A program made the position numbers and the translations under genes. The notes under the pieces were generated by a model. The model ran no database searches, had not been told where the DNA came from, and saw nothing but the letters and a program-made list of their open reading frames with translations. DNA of 63,754 nt, counting the filler, from Choristocarpus tenellus KU-1152 (Eukaryota; Protista; Phaeophyceae), in NCBI GenBank assembly GCA_964200185.2. It is 13 parts of 13 records of this genome, joined end to end, with 100 filler letters (N's around TTAATTAATTAA, not from the genome) between each part and the next. Parts side by side here need not be neighbours in the genome. Positions count along the whole stretch, not along the records: positions 10,196 to 17,685 come from CAXNAD020006076.1; positions 17,786 to 30,599 come from CAXNAD020001695.1; 11 more parts are not named here. One strand, written 5' to 3'. Of this stretch, positions 11,679-25,702 are shown piece after piece (the stretch's first letter is position 1; the number at the start of each line of letters is the position of its first letter).

Positions 11679-13961
11679 CTCTGCCAGCACCGCAGCCAGC
11701 TCTCCCGCCTTCCTCTCATCAAAGAACTCCTTCTCCTGCCTCATCAACGCGCGGAACAGAGCTGCCCTCAGCCTCCCTGCAGTCCCACAGGTGGCCATCC
11801 CGAGGTTGTACACCCGGGCCCATGAGGCCAATGATCCCGCAGCAAATAACGCCACCACAAGAGATAGGAAAACTCGGTCCGATATAACCCCTCCCCTTCC
11901 TAACTTGCCCAGGGCAGCACAGGCACGGGCAACCACTGCGCCAAGAGGATTGCTTCCCCCATCTGCTCCTCCTCCTCCTCCTCCCCCTCCCCCAGTCCTT
12001 ATTCCAACGGGCCCCTTCCTAGATGCAGCTCGGTCAATCACCCTTTGATGTTTATTTGGAATTTCGGGGGGACAACGGGAGAGGCCTGGGTTTGGGTTAG
12101 GGTCATGATTGTGTCTGGTAGTTTGACGGCAAATCTATGCACTTTTTGAGTTACTATTGTTGATGCTATGGTGGTTGCAGTGTCTTCTGCCCAAAATCAT
12201 TTAACTGATTATCCATGTAATCGAGTAATATATTGGAGTGCAACTCTAGGAATGAAATGATGATTGCACAGACCTCATCTTTTTCTTGCAAAAATATCAC
12301 ACAAATCTAAAAGATCCAAGCTAGATCTAAAAGATCCAAACTAGATCTAAAAGATCCAAACGAAGACCAAAAAAAAGAGTGTATAAATATTCTGTGCAAA
12401 TGCTAGGCTGAAGAGGCAAAAAAATAAAAATAAAATGGATCTTTTGAGATAGGTCATGAAATTCCAGAGAGATCTACATCATTTTGCACCACTTCCCTAA
12501 CCCTAAAATGTTTCCGTTCAAGAGTTAGATTCTAACATATGTATCCAACATATACACAATATTATGGTATCACTTGATCATCTGCTTCAGAGTGTACAAC
12601 GAGATGTATGTGGACCATGGGTGCATTTGAAAGCTGACAACACCATCAACATTTTCGATTTCTTTGCTTCCTGTTATTCCAAACTCAGGGAGCAATCTTG
12701 AACACTCTGAGACAGCTAGAGAAACACACTTGGACGGGCTTTATGAGCACTGTGTAGATCGATGCAAAGATGTTTGAGTAGCTCAAGTTCAACTTGCCAT
12801 AAGCTTTGGGACGAACCGCTTATCAATCTCCAGGTTGTTTCATAAATTGAGAACATTTAAGAGAATCTCTGGAGGAGGAAAGACACTGCTACCACCATAC
12901 CATTAATACACTATAGAAAGTACTCCGGTTCAATCATGGTTTGATAAGAATAAAAACATCCATACTGGTATCTCTGCTGGGGTTGGGATGGAGAGTATTG
13001 AGGGGTTCTGCTGGTCGAGAAATAGAGCCAAGGCCTAGGGTACAGTGAGGGATAAGGTTGGGTCAGGGCTACATAACCTCCACAGGATTAGATAAAAAAC
13101 CCTTGGTTTAGATTCGGGTCTTAGGGAAAGGATTGAAACATTGGTTCTTCGTAAAAAGGGGGTGTTATTACTTGATCAGGGGCTATGTGTGGTGTATTGA
13201 GTTCAGAGAGTGGGCATGAGTTCCATCATTGAGAATGGACTCTTCACTTGAGGATTGTTCAGGAGGAAATCGGGCAGTTGGGGGGAAGGGAAGGAGAGAT
13301 AGGTGGCCCACTTATGGCAAGAAATGCACACCTCAATTTGATGAGAATGGGTCTCCTGTAACCTAGGTCTGTGTGTCGGTTTGTAGGTATATATGCATAC
13401 GTGCGTGTGTGTGTATGTATGGCGTGCGCTAGTTGTGCATATATGCATCTTGTTGATACCTCGTTCCCGCACTGTTTGGTTGCCAAGGTACGCAAGACAC
13501 AGAAACACTGATCAATCCCTAACCAGAATCAGACGATAATCGAACTTGAAGACAAGCGAATTCACCTATAAAAATACGCACCTGGCCATCACTGTCGGAG
13601 TCATGAGGTTAGCCGTGGAATTGGCAGCTAAGCACAGCGCTGCCACACCCAGACGGCCAGCCTCAGGTCGTGTTTCGTTCCAAAGTCTACGGAGCACCTC
13701 TCTCTTCCCACTTCCTTTAGCACCGTTCTCATCCTTGCCAAGGTTGGCAGCACCTAAGTCATTCGCAACCACCGCATCTCTGCGAACAATGCAATGAGCC
13801 CCACCCGCAGTCACTCCCTTGCCGCTCATTGGAGCTTTCATCCTCTCAAAGTCAAAGACAGAGTAGCCTCCTCCAGATTGGGAGGCTCTAACCCCTACTC
13901 GACGATGCTGGGCAAAGGATCCCCGTCGTTGTGCAGTAATGCTATAGTAACAGGGGTATCC
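11679..13961 (-). CDS. ABC transporter B-family half transporter (ABCB10/MDL1-like), partial (exons 13961-13582, 12042-11679)
   Basis: LRRLWNETRPEAGRLGVAALCLAANSTANLMTPTVMAR|VID...RLRAALFRALMRQEKEFFDERKAGEL matches the ABCB transmembrane domain signature; phase-2 AG|G junction. The start exon is unresolved. Confidence 0.85.
12305..12365. repeat. Tandem 20-bp repeat x3 (ATCTAAAAGATCCAARCTAG), intronic
   Basis: Directly visible. Confidence 0.85.
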
Positions 13962-14603
13962 CTGGAAAACGTAGCAAAGATCAGCGTGACAGGGGTCAAC
14001 AACTCAAGGAGCCAAGACGAGTCTGTGCCAATACAAATGTCATGTTCTCTTATAGTGGAACACAGTCGGTTTGCTTGACAAACCCTCGAAGAATCCATGC
14101 CATTCTTCTCACTGTATCATCAATGTATCTATATCCAGCATAGTTCCACCTGCAGAGTCCACTACAGTACCTGGTGATTGGTAGATGAGAACTGATTGAG
14201 TTGGCAAGTTGACACAAACTACGACAGGTTTAGCTAACGCAAACCACGAACCTGGCGAGGGTCCACGCGCCAGTCCTCTAGGTTTTCAGGAGTTAGGGAA
14301 GACTTCCATCCCTGCCTAGACTGCCACAACGGATACATTGCTGTCACACAGCTCCTCTGTAGCTATGCCTAGAAGCAACGGTTGACTTTTGTAAAGAACT
14401 TAATTGCACTAGCGCGCGGTCCAGATCGGCATTGATTTACACGAGGGTGGGTTCATTGAAAAGAATCGGAGAGGGTACATTGTATACTGCTATATATATA
14501 CTGCTTTAGATGGCAGTGAAGGTAGGAACCCACTGTCCTGACAGAGACCACGACACAACATCATCCTTGATACCATACTACTGACTCAACTCTAATAGGG
14601 GTG

Positions 14604-16061
14604 ATGGATGGGGAAGATTCTTGTCATACGGATTCCATAGAAACAAGTGTAAAGGTAGACGACTCGTCCGTTGTTGATAACATCAAAGAGACTCCCACGC
14701 AGCTCACTCCCATGTCCTCTGCGCACATGGAGCACGGGAAAGGCATCGAGAGTGTTGGAGATTCAATGAAATGTGACGAACGGGATTGTCAAGGAGGAAT
14801 GGAGTCTATAGCTGGATCCGATGGCAATGTTGTTGAAGCAGGGTCGACCCCAAAGCCCTCCATAAAAGAGATGCGAAGAGCCCGAAAGAGGCAAGCTTGG
14901 GAGGAGCAGAAGGCAAGAAAGAGGGAGGAGAAGGAAGTGAAGAGAAAAGCCAGGTGTGGATAAAGTATTGCTGCAGGAACTCGAGCGTTGATGTCCATAT
15001 ATTGCTTACAGATTTCTCGTTCATCGTGACGATATTTTTTAGTGCATTCCTGTGATAGTTTTGTTATCAGGGCACTCTTTCTTTACCTAGTGGGTAAGCT
15101 TTCGCTGTCAATTCCGGACCGTCGAAGAAAGATGTCTAGCTTTGTGAAAGGAAAGGGACAAATAGTTAATACCAACTGATTAGTAGCGTGTACTATGGTC
15201 GTCCGTTGTCATGCAGATGAAATTGACGGATCGATGACGCCTCTGCATTTTCGCCGTGTTAACAATTGTGGACTAGGAATGCTCGGCTGTCTAGATTTGA
15301 GTAGTCTACAACACCTCTACTTGATGCGTCCCCTGCTTTGGGTGGAAATGCCAACCGACGAGGAGGTACACGTCGTTACCGTTTTTCAAATCCTCCTTAC
15401 TGTAGGACCCTTGCAAAACCTCTGACTGTGCAAAAGGATTCAAGATATTCCAATGCTCAGACTTCAACACAATCACGGCATCGAGTGGGATATTGAAAGC
15501 TCGAACTGCCTTGATAGGCTCAGGGTGAGCACTTGTCTCACAACGCCCACCCTCAATTTTTTTTAGATTTGAGTCTTGTCTGCCCTTCCTGAACCGATTC
15601 CCCTGCTCTGTATGCCCCGCTCTAGTTTTAACTCCCACCAACCAAGTCCCATCCTTGACTCATTGTTAGATCAATAGCAATAATCATGGTGGTAAAACTT
15701 CAGCAAATGCAAAGGGCAATATTTGTACCAACGAAATTGCCTACACTCCGTTGGATTAACCCGATAGGTTGCGTTGGCCCGGCAAGCCTCCCCTTCCTCT
15801 TATTAATCTAGGCAATAATCAACCTACCCCTGTTGCCCTTTCCCGGACTGTAACCTCTCCAGGGAGGCCGAAGGACTCAAACCGCCCGGAGCAGTGTGGC
15901 GAGATCGAGATGCCTCAGAGCTGTCAGTGTGTCAGAGGATCAGGAGAGACAAACACAAGGAGTTCCGTGACAAGGCTTCTGCAAGCGGATTCCGGGTTTG
16001 TGTAGACATGGACTTCGAGGACCTCATGAATGAGAGCCAACGCATCAGCATGGTGCAACAG
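14604..16061 (+). CDS. TRM10: tRNA (guanine-9-N1) methyltransferase TRM10-like, 5' partial (exons 14604-14953, 15863-16061)
   Basis: Basic coiled coil KEMRRARKRQAWEEQKARKREEKEVKRK, then RVCVDMDFEDLMNESQRISMVQQ, matching the start of the Trm10 SPOUT domain; phase-2 junction. Confidence 0.8.
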
Positions 16062-17122
16062 GTGAGAAGGAACCATAAACGCTTTGGTACAGAAAGTGTT
16101 TCAGGAGAAGGGGATTTTCAGTGTTAGGTTCTTGGGGAAGTTGGTTGTGTTTCATACGGTAGCAGTGCTATTGTAACAGCTAAGTTGATTGTATCATAAT
16201 AGTATTGAGTTGGGACTTGCATGGCTGCTCAAGGGATGGTGAGTGTGCCCTACAGCTTCTTGATAGCCGTAAAGTCTCAGGTATTAGCTGTAGTATTAGC
16301 TATAGTATTTGCAGTAGTGTCCCTGACCGGTCCAAGGTGTACAGATGATGTGATGCATACATGGGAATGAAGGTGCACAGCAAGATGTTCTCAGCAGTAG
16401 GTGAACTGACACACCCTGCTGGGCACTTGTTGCATTCGTGTGTGATATAGTGCTGGTCTCAACGGTGACCTCAGGGGGGAGGGGATTGTGTGCGAAGGGG
16501 GAGATAGGTGATGTGATTGGGCCCTGGTGATCATCTCTGAAGGAGATGCTATGGACTGCAATAGATGCTCCTTCATACAGTAATGAGTAATAGCTTGTGC
16601 TTTCCCTCAATCCCTTTGCCTGGTCTACCCCTGGTGCCTTGGCTATGTATGTGACGAATTACTTCGCTCTTTAAATACCCACAAAAATTCGTGTGGCACA
16701 GGCATCATTATCGGTGCCCAGCAGGGTAAATTGCTGCAGTATTGTGCATTAACTTCCAAGAATCGACCTATCTGTTCCTGTGGGGAAATAAATCTCCTCG
16801 GAAACCGGTACTCCAAAGATGTCAAGCGCTTACTATTTCAGAAAGAAGGAACGGCAGTTTCTAGGCCATTTTTGCTCATTCTTTTGAGAGCAAAAATTTC
16901 CGTTTTTCTATGCCACTGTTCTATGTGTCGCTTGACAAGCCCTCACATTCAACGACATCGTCGTGGTGGACAGGAGAAAAAGCGCTCGCATTTCATCTGC
17001 AGGGTAGCCCTGGCGGTTGCACCCTTGGCGGTTGGAAGTTGAGTCATCTATCTTTTCTGCGGTGTGAATGGGCATGCAAAATAATCTTGACTGGACTGAT
17101 TTGCAAGAAAAAAGGGACGAAC

Positions 17123-17200
17123 GGACTCTTCTGTCAGTTAGTTGGGAAACTTGATGTTGGGACTCTTCTGCCAGTTAGTTGGGAACCTTGATGTTGGGAC
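17123..17200. repeat. 37-bp tandem duplication
   Basis: GGACTCTTCTGYCAGTTAGTTGGGAAMCTTGATGTTG x2. Confidence 0.8.
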
Positions 17201-17795
17201 TACTACTCTGTTGTTGTTGAATGTTCAGGAGTTTTTGTTTACGGGATGATGTACCCGATCCTGTTCAGAGAAGTGCTTGTGAATGTTTTTGGGAGGGGTT
17301 TTGTTCTCTCGCCGGTCGATTCATGGCCAGGCCGATGAGAGAGAGAGGAGAGCGGTCGAGGGAGTCGCGACCCCGCTGATGGGGAAGGAGGAGTAGTAGG
17401 TTGCAAAACCCCAAGCCTAGAAAAACTGAATCTGCAATGCGCACGTGGATATAGGGGGGGGGTTGAAGTTGAAGTTGAAGTTGAAGACGAAGACGACTGA
17501 CGATATAGTTTGGAGGGAGCTGAGAGGGATGAGACCGTGGTGGAGGTTCTTGGTGTCCGTCGGGGTGAAGAAGGGTTCTGTGTTAGCTCACTCGGAGGCG
17601 TGTCTGCTGTTCGTGGTCCTGTGGGTCCTTTTTTTTGGGGGGGGGGGGGCCTACGGCCGGCGCCTCTTTCTTTCTAGGTGCCGCCNNNNNNNNNNNNNNN
17701 NNNNNNNNNNNNNNNNNNNNNNNNNNNNNTTAATTAATTAANNNNNNNNNNNNNNNNNNNNNNNNNNNNNNNNNNNNNNNNNNNNTGTGCCGCTT

Positions 17796-17840
17796 TTTTC
17801 GGGCATGTCCATGGGTGCACAAAATCGGGGTACGTACTGT
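17796..17840 (+). repeat. Dispersed repeat shared with 46681-46725 (probable transposon end)
   Basis: TTTTCGGGCATxxCCATGGxTGxACAAAATCGGGGTACxTACTGT in both places, each near a contig start. Confidence 0.7.
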
Positions 17841-19019
17841 TGGTGTGGTAGGTGGTCGTACAGGTGACGGTGGAAAGGATAAAGGTTTGTAGATAGTAGA
17901 ACATATTGGCAAAAAATTAGGACGTCCAACTCCTGTATCGAACGAAAAACTACATCAGAACCCTCCATTTAAATCCTGACGTAGGTACACCTGAGTCAGA
18001 CACTAAAAAGAGGTGATTTAAACCCCTCTTTTTTCTTTTTTTTCTTTTTGTGTGCGAAGTTTCAGAAGAATAGTAGCGTGTATGGAATAAGGAGATGATT
18101 TGATTTGAAATCTTGTTCATGATGGTAATAGTGTATTGAGTGTTCGACTGTTTTGACTGTTTGAACTTAGGATGGGAGATGTTATATAATGATTGGTGGA
18201 GTTGAATGGTATACAACCAATAGAAACGTCGTTGGTTCAATTTCCGTCGTCGAATTTCGACCTATCCTGTATAAAGTTCGATGACAGTGTATATTTTATT
18301 ATTATGCCCTCTGACATTTTGCAGATGTATGAGGGGGAACCCAATGAAAACTATATACATACGTGTATATAAAATGTCCTAAACATAAGAATACTATAAG
18401 ACATTGCGTGGAGTGTATATCCTTGAGAGTGTATGACCCTGAGTAATTTATTGTTGCCACGTTGGGTTTGTATGTTGGATCATAGAATTCCGTGAAAACA
18501 ATTCTGGCGACCATTGATTGGTTTTGGATGATAACACACCGATGTCTTTGACATCATATATCTTGTTTTATACATATTTTTCTTTACAAGAGAATGTTAC
18601 TCTCAATATCCCTAACCACTGAACTATTATGATTTTGGTGTGGGGTTCTAAATTATCAAATTATGCTGTACTTTGATAGTATAATATAGGAGCAGAGGGG
18701 TGATGATCTGAAATCGAAAAAATATGTCACTTTTTGGTGAAGGATTATTCATCGCCTATGGTGTTCAGTTTGAAGTGAATATTATTCGCAGAGTTTGATT
18801 TGTTGTTTTGTTCCACTTTAAGATGTCAGCATCCATAAGAACAAATATAATATTATACACTTCTTCAAGAAATATACGGCGTATTTAACTTATATCCGTC
18901 TCTTGAACAAAGGTGGATACACAAACAGTACTTGTACCACGAGCTTCACAAGTTGTGGTTATCGTTGCACCCACTTCGAACCAGGAAACATCCTTTTCGG
19001 AGATATAATCACATCAGCC

Positions 19020-19177
19020 ATGTCCCAAACTACCTTTAACAACGAGCCTTTTGTGGTGGATAGCCCGAATGTGGCCTATACCGAGGATGAAATTACCTCC
19101 AACTACATATACGAGGTACCTGAATTTTGTCAATATACCTTTGGATTCCCTTCCTCGGAACATAACTCAAGAATGCT

Positions 19178-19221
<44 letters not shown>

Positions 19222-22200
19222 GCAATACCCCGTGAAACTGTGTAAAAATCCCCAATATGTGGATTCATTCCAGTATTGTACAGTCCTACGTGCTTTTAGT
19301 ACCACCTCCATTTCATTAATGTACGCTTTTCCAACTGTATGGGGTTGTTAAGTTGACACCACTTCGAAGTTGTGTGTTACCACTGCTAGCTCGATGACTG
19401 TGCTCACCAAACTCTTGAAGCGCTACCTTGTTGCTGTTGAATTCCTTTCGCTCTGTAGTCTTTTCAATGTTCATATTCCGCGAGACTCTGAAGCTCTCTC
19501 CATATGTGCACCACTTTACCTTTTAGTTCTCCTTTGGTGATACTGTTGACATATTTTAACCCAGTAGCCTTTCTCGTGCTGTTCCTATTATCAAAACACC
19601 CAAAAAACATCTTCAAATGCGTGTGCTGTTGCCCTTCCTCAGTCCTCTCTTGTGGAAGGCAACAAGGTAACCCCCATCAGTCAGACCCTCACCTTTAAGA
19701 CGCAGCGCAAGGTGCCCCGCATTGGCGTAATGTTGGTGGGGCTTGGCGGTAACAATGGCTCAACGGTAGCTGCAGGAATAATCGCTAATAAGCATGGCAT
19801 TACATGGAACACCAAGGCAAGAAGAGTAGGAATGACTCTACCTTATATTTTTCATCTATCTTCGTAACTGCATCTTGGACCCCCACTTCAAGTTCTTTCA
19901 ACTCTAACCCATCTTTCTACTGTAATTTCTTCTGTTTCTGGCCTACGATACACCTGCCATTGGTATAAATGCAATGACATTCACACAGAATCCAAATTGC
20001 ACCTACAATAGCCCCCCTGTGACCCATTGGCATTGTAGGGTCGCAGGTGGTAAGGCTGCATTCAATGGAACCTGTTAAAACCGTTTTCTCCTGCGCAGCG
20101 ATGAAAGTGCCACGCCCGCGTGATTAGAAAGGAAAATCGACCAATCTCACTCTTTTCATTCTTGTGGAATCTCCATGCCCTGGTAATGCATATCCTGGAT
20201 GGTACTTGACCTGTAGGAAGGTGAACAAAAGGCCAACTATTGGGGCTCGCTATGCCTGGCATCCACAGTGCGGCTTGGCAATGATGCTGGAGGGAACGCT
20301 GTTCACATCCCCTTCCACAACCTGCTGCCAATGTGTCATCCCAATGATATGGTCATTGGGGGGTGGGATATTTCTTCCATGAACATGGCAGATGCTATGA
20401 AACGTGCTTCTGTCCTGGTGAGTGGCAGTATTTCGCGGAGACATTAGACGGGGGGGTACATAAAAAAAACCTTGTGCATTTCATTGAGTTTAGATTGAGA
20501 AGGTTTGGAAGGTATATTTTTGTTATTTTTCTATTTAATGAAGAAATGTATGCAAGTTAAAGTTGCAAATTCGTGACCATCTCTTGCATGCTTTTCACCA
20601 GTATACTACCACTCCTTTTGGAAGTGTGTGGAAACAGTAGGATGATGGGTGCTTTACAAGGAACAGGAAGTGGGCAAAATATGATCCACAAGTTTTAAGA
20701 GCATCCCTACCCCAAACATGGATCCACTTCTGTGCTTGCCTTCAATTTTGATGTGTTCATAACTGAACAGGACTATGGCCTGCAGCAGAAGCTCAGACCT
20801 CTGATGAAGGACATTGTTCCCCTGCCTTCCATCTACTTCCCAGACTTCATTGCAGCTAACCAAAGTGAGCGGGCTGATAACATCCTGTCTGGGGCTAAAC
20901 AAGAGCAGATGGATAAGGTATGTGTCAGGAGTACAGTGCTGGAAATTGAAACCTTTGAAGTTACACATGTCACAACAGTTGTGCGCCGAACATGCATTGT
21001 ATGTCTTCCGTACCTGGTGTGGGGTTTCTCCAATGTGTTAATGTTCACCATCAGGTCTGTTGTCTGCACATTTATCAGGCCTCATTTTTCATGATATATC
21101 TTTGCCTTCTTCACCCTTCTTGTGTGATGTATTTACAAGATTCGTCAAGATATCAGAAGTTTCAAGGAGGCAAATGGGCTTGATAAGGTGGTGGTCCTGT
21201 GGACAGCGAACACAGAACGATTCTCCGCACTTGAGAAAGGGATCAATGACACCTCTGAGACACTTCTTGAATCCATCAAGCGTGGGGAAGCTGAGGTGAG
21301 GTATAGAAATCTGTTGGGGTGAGAGGGGGGGGGGGCGCACATTCAATCTAACAATCCTGGCTAAAGAGGCTTTTGCTTGGTGACTGAGGAGATGCAACAG
21401 TGTTTCCTGACGGTGATAATAGTGGTTGCAAAATCGTGGTGATTGAATTCATGTTCCGCAGGGTTAGGGTTACGGTTAGCAGAGCTCATTTGCTTTTTTT
21501 GTGGAGTCACTCAGTGTCAGGATGAACAAACTGTGATCTCTTTGAAAGTGACCATAAAATTTTCTATCATTGATCGTGTCCTTTCTTGTCCAGACTTGTT
21601 TTCTGTGAGGTTAGGTAGGTACTGTTGAGAGCAATTTTGATTTTTGTCATTTTTTGAAATAGAATAAATGTCCCCGCTAGTTGGAATACGAAATCAAACT
21701 AAGCTACATGTGTGGATACTGGCGTTGCTTGTTCAAAAACTTCTGGAATTTGTTGTGATGCGCTGAATTAGACTGTGTTACCCTGCCCTTCCCTACTCCA
21801 TAATTAGACTGACCTGATATAATACTGGTAAGTTCACTGACAGCACCCAACGATGCCTGCCAATATGCATGCCCATCAATGCACCCCATCTCCTCAGGTG
21901 TCTCCGTCAACACTGTTTGCTTGTGCATCTATCTTGGAGGGGTGCACCTATATCAATGGATCGCCACAGGTAATAATTGGTCACACCCCCGCCCCTGCAA
22001 ATCGACACCGTTATTCAATGATCCATGTCAGTATTTTCCTGGAATTAACTAATCTCTTCTTGTTGAAGCGTCAACATCACCTCTTGCCCTCCCCCAACCC
22101 CCAGATCCTGTTGACTCATGAGACATCGTTGAATTAGACAACCAGAGAGTTCGGTTGTGATTTCGAATTGCTTTACAAATCACACGTACGGACATTGTTT

Positions 22201-25200
22201 GCTCATTTTTTTTAATGATGAGTATGTTGCCATCACCCTTGGTGAACAAATCACAACCCGCTTCTGCTGGTCACCCCCCTCTGTGCAGAACACGTTTGTG
22301 CCAGGTGTGGTAGAGATGGCCGAACAACATAAGGTGTTCATTGGCGGTGACGACTTCAAGTCTGGCCAGACAAAGATGAAGTCTGTCATGGTGGACTTCC
22401 TGGTGAGCTTGAAGTACTGGAATTTTGTACTGGCAGGGGCTCCATAGGGTTTGGAGGGGTTAGGCATTTGATCAGTGCGGGGGGTGATGATGAGGCTCTT
22501 GAGAATTTTTTGACTATTTTCTGGAAGTTGTAATAAGTTGTATCCCTGTGGGGGGTTTGCTTCCAAGGTTGCCATTCTTAACAAGAAAGAGCTGTTTGAA
22601 GGCAGTGGCTATGCGCATACAATTCTCTTTTGCCTATGACCATGGTTTTTGGTATCATACACCCACCGGTGAGTATCAGGTTATGCGGACCTCAAGGAAA
22701 TGAATTTGGTGCTGTTATCATCATGGGCTTGTATTTTTGATCGTATGTTATGCTGTCACAGTACCAACCTGTGTAGATGGACATTCCCGTACCACAAGGA
22801 ATGAGGAATTTTGGTCCTTTCCCTGCCTAATTGTCTTTGTCCCTGCTTCTTGTGCCATCTCTATGACCCACTTCCATATGTCCTTGAATGTTCATGGATT
22901 CAAAGGTAAGCGCTGGAATAAAGCCGGTTTCGATTGTGTCGTACAACCACTTGGGTAACAACGACGGAAAGAACCTCTCAGCCCCACAGCAGTTCCGGTC
23001 TAAGGAGATCAGCAAGTCTAACGTTGTGGATGATATGGTTGCCTCTAACAGGCTGCTCTACAGTGAGGATGAGCACCCTGACCATGTGGTGAGGTTTGGG
23101 GGACTGAGCTTTTGGTTTAAATTCCTACATTAGCAGAATTTGTGTACTGTGACAAATTTATTTGACGTGTCCCTTACCTTCCCTATTGACTCCTCGAGCG
23201 GGTATGTGTTTGCCGTTGTAGATTGGCCTCGCCTGATGTGAAATGTGTTTTGAAGGTGAGGTAGCAAGTTATTTGTTCGTAAAATCATACCTTGAAGCAC
23301 CTTCGTATCACCGCCTGTGTCAGGTGGTGATAAAGTATGTCCCCCAAGTGTCCGATTCGAAACGCGCCTTGGATGAGTACACATCAGAGATCTTCATGGG
23401 TGGTAAGAACACTATCTCCATGCACAACACCTGTGAGGACTCCTTGCTGGCCAGTCCCCTTATCTTTGATCTGGTGATTTTGTCAGAGCTGTGTGAGCGC
23501 ATCCAGGTGAGGGGATGTTTTATGTGGAGTAAAGCTACTGGTGGTTTTGGTTTCACCTCATAGATTGTTTGTTGGCTTGCATTTTTGTCGTTGCTAGTGG
23601 AGGTGAATGAGTTCCTTGTGGAGGTGACATGGTGTTTTGTCTTGAGGTACACTCTCTCTCCAACCCTGCCGACCTTGTCCTGTGATTGATGAGCACATGG
23701 TATACCTTTTTTTGGCACGACATTTGCAGGTGAAATTGTAGCTTTCCTTACTTGGCCTTGCCAGCTCTGGTTGAGGTACAGACAAGTCCTGATTTCAAAT
23801 TACTCTCCATTGATTTTGTTGCTTCAGACTCCTTAGCATGTTTGATGTTACCATCCTGTGATTACTGGTTACACAATAGAGGGGTGCCGCCCATTGCCTT
23901 TTCTGTTCCAGGTGAGGAAGAAGGATGGTGAGTGGGAAAGCTTCCATGCAGTGCTGAGTCTGCTGTCCTACATGCTGAAAGCACCCCTGGTGCCCCCAGG
24001 AACGCCTGTGATTAATGCTCTCTTTGCACAGCGCCAGGTGTGTTCCTTTCCCTCCACCCTCAAGTTCACCAGCCCATGCCTTGATGTAATGCTTGTATAA
24101 GGCAGCTTTGCAATTTTGGTGTAAGAGATGACAAGTGTAGTCAGAGAGGCGGTGTGATGAATCAAATGACCCTGAGAATTTCTCGGCATTGAAACTTCTA
24201 TGGAAATATTTCCCTGTAGCCCAGACCTTTGTCATAGATATCCGAGACTGCGATCGTTCACCTAATGGCTCTGACTTTGGTTTGGTTTCATGAGCAAAAT
24301 GGACATTGTGAAGGTTTTCCTGGCAAAAGGTATTACAGAACAAATGATACAGAATTTTCCTGTCAGAGACGTCTCATGGAAAGTTAGACTATACACTGTA
24401 AGGAAATGTTAGCACTGGGTATGTCTTTGTCTTGAGATGTGCAGAGTTTTTTTGGTTTGTCTGCCTAGTATATATATTTTTATTTTGTCTTCACTTCCCC
24501 TCTACCCCACCCCCATTTGTTTCAGCATCACTTCCCTCTCAAGGTGAATTTCACCTTAGACCTCTCAACACTGCTTTTGTTTTTGCAGAAGGATTTGTGG
24601 GAACCAAGGAAGCGTTTGAATATGAACTTAGTAGTTTGTACCATCACTTCTTTTGTTGAGCATCAGTTGGAACAGTTTGAGTGGAAAAGAAAACACGTAG
24701 CATTGGGAAGGCTTTTCTCGGGGTTTTGCAGCAGGTGTGTGAACTAGGTAGACCGAGTCAGGCTTCAATCGGATCTTATAGGTAGCCTCAATTTGTTTTT
24801 TTGCAAGATATCTCAAATATTTAACGAAAAAATGCTTCCACTTGTGCATTTGTTGGCTGGCCTCCTTACTGACTATACGGGCCAATGCTGAGCAGAGAAG
24901 AAATGTGTTATCGAATTGAAATAGTGTGTATCGTGGATGATACCACATCCCTGTAAGAGAACTCTTGACCGTATGTTTGCAGGGGTCAGTATTATTGGGA
25001 ACAAGTCATCTTGATGATGGAGAGGGAGAGGAAATAGAAAACTGTATTCAATCAGAGGTTGCCATTCCTGTTTCTACCTATGGAGGAGGAGGGGGAGTTC
25101 ATGTTGATATCATGTCAGTGTGGTGAACTGTCAGTAAATGCTGCTAACATATCCTCTGTTCCTTTACGTCTGTTTTGTTTTGTTAAGGCTATCATCAATG

Positions 25201-25702
25201 TTATGCGTGCCTGTGTGGGTCTGGCACCTGAGAACCACATGCTGCTTGAGCATCGCCTGACTTCAGAGATCAACCTCCGGCAGAAAGTGAGAACGCTTTG
25301 CCCTGTTATATTTGGCTTCATTTCTAATTGACCAAGATTATCTTCAACAGCAATGAGCATTTGATAAATTTGATGCTTCTCATCTCTCCTGCAAAGACGT
25401 TTTGTGGTATGAACACTAGGAGGATAATCTAATGTGGTCCTGTAGTAGTACAGCTATCATTTAGAGTTGACATTTCCTACTGTGAGGGCGACTCAACTGA
25501 TACATCCGTGAGTTGACATGATACAGTCGTGTGCCCAATAGATAGAACCAGTATCAATGGACGTGTTAAGTAAGTACTAACAACTCACCCTTAACTGCAT
25601 TTGATGCTTCATCTCCTGCTGCCTCATGTTGGCGTGTGTAAGGATGTGGGCCAGGATGAGATGACAAACACCGCTCGGCCTATCAAGCGTTCAAAGGCAT
25701 GA
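19020..25702 (+). CDS. INO1: Myo-inositol-1-phosphate synthase, complete, ~536 aa; exons 19020-19115, 19643-19816, 20217-20417, 20771-20917, 21140-21295, 21898-21969, 22289-22402, 22906-23088, 23324-23506, 23912-24037, 25188-25286, 25643-25702
   Basis: The spliced product contains the MIPS signatures [49 protein letters not shown] and [10 protein letters not shown]. Intron 2 is GC-AG. The last small exon is less certain. Confidence 0.97.
19180..19219. repeat. (GA)n microsatellite in INO1 intron 1
   Basis: Directly visible. Confidence 0.9.
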
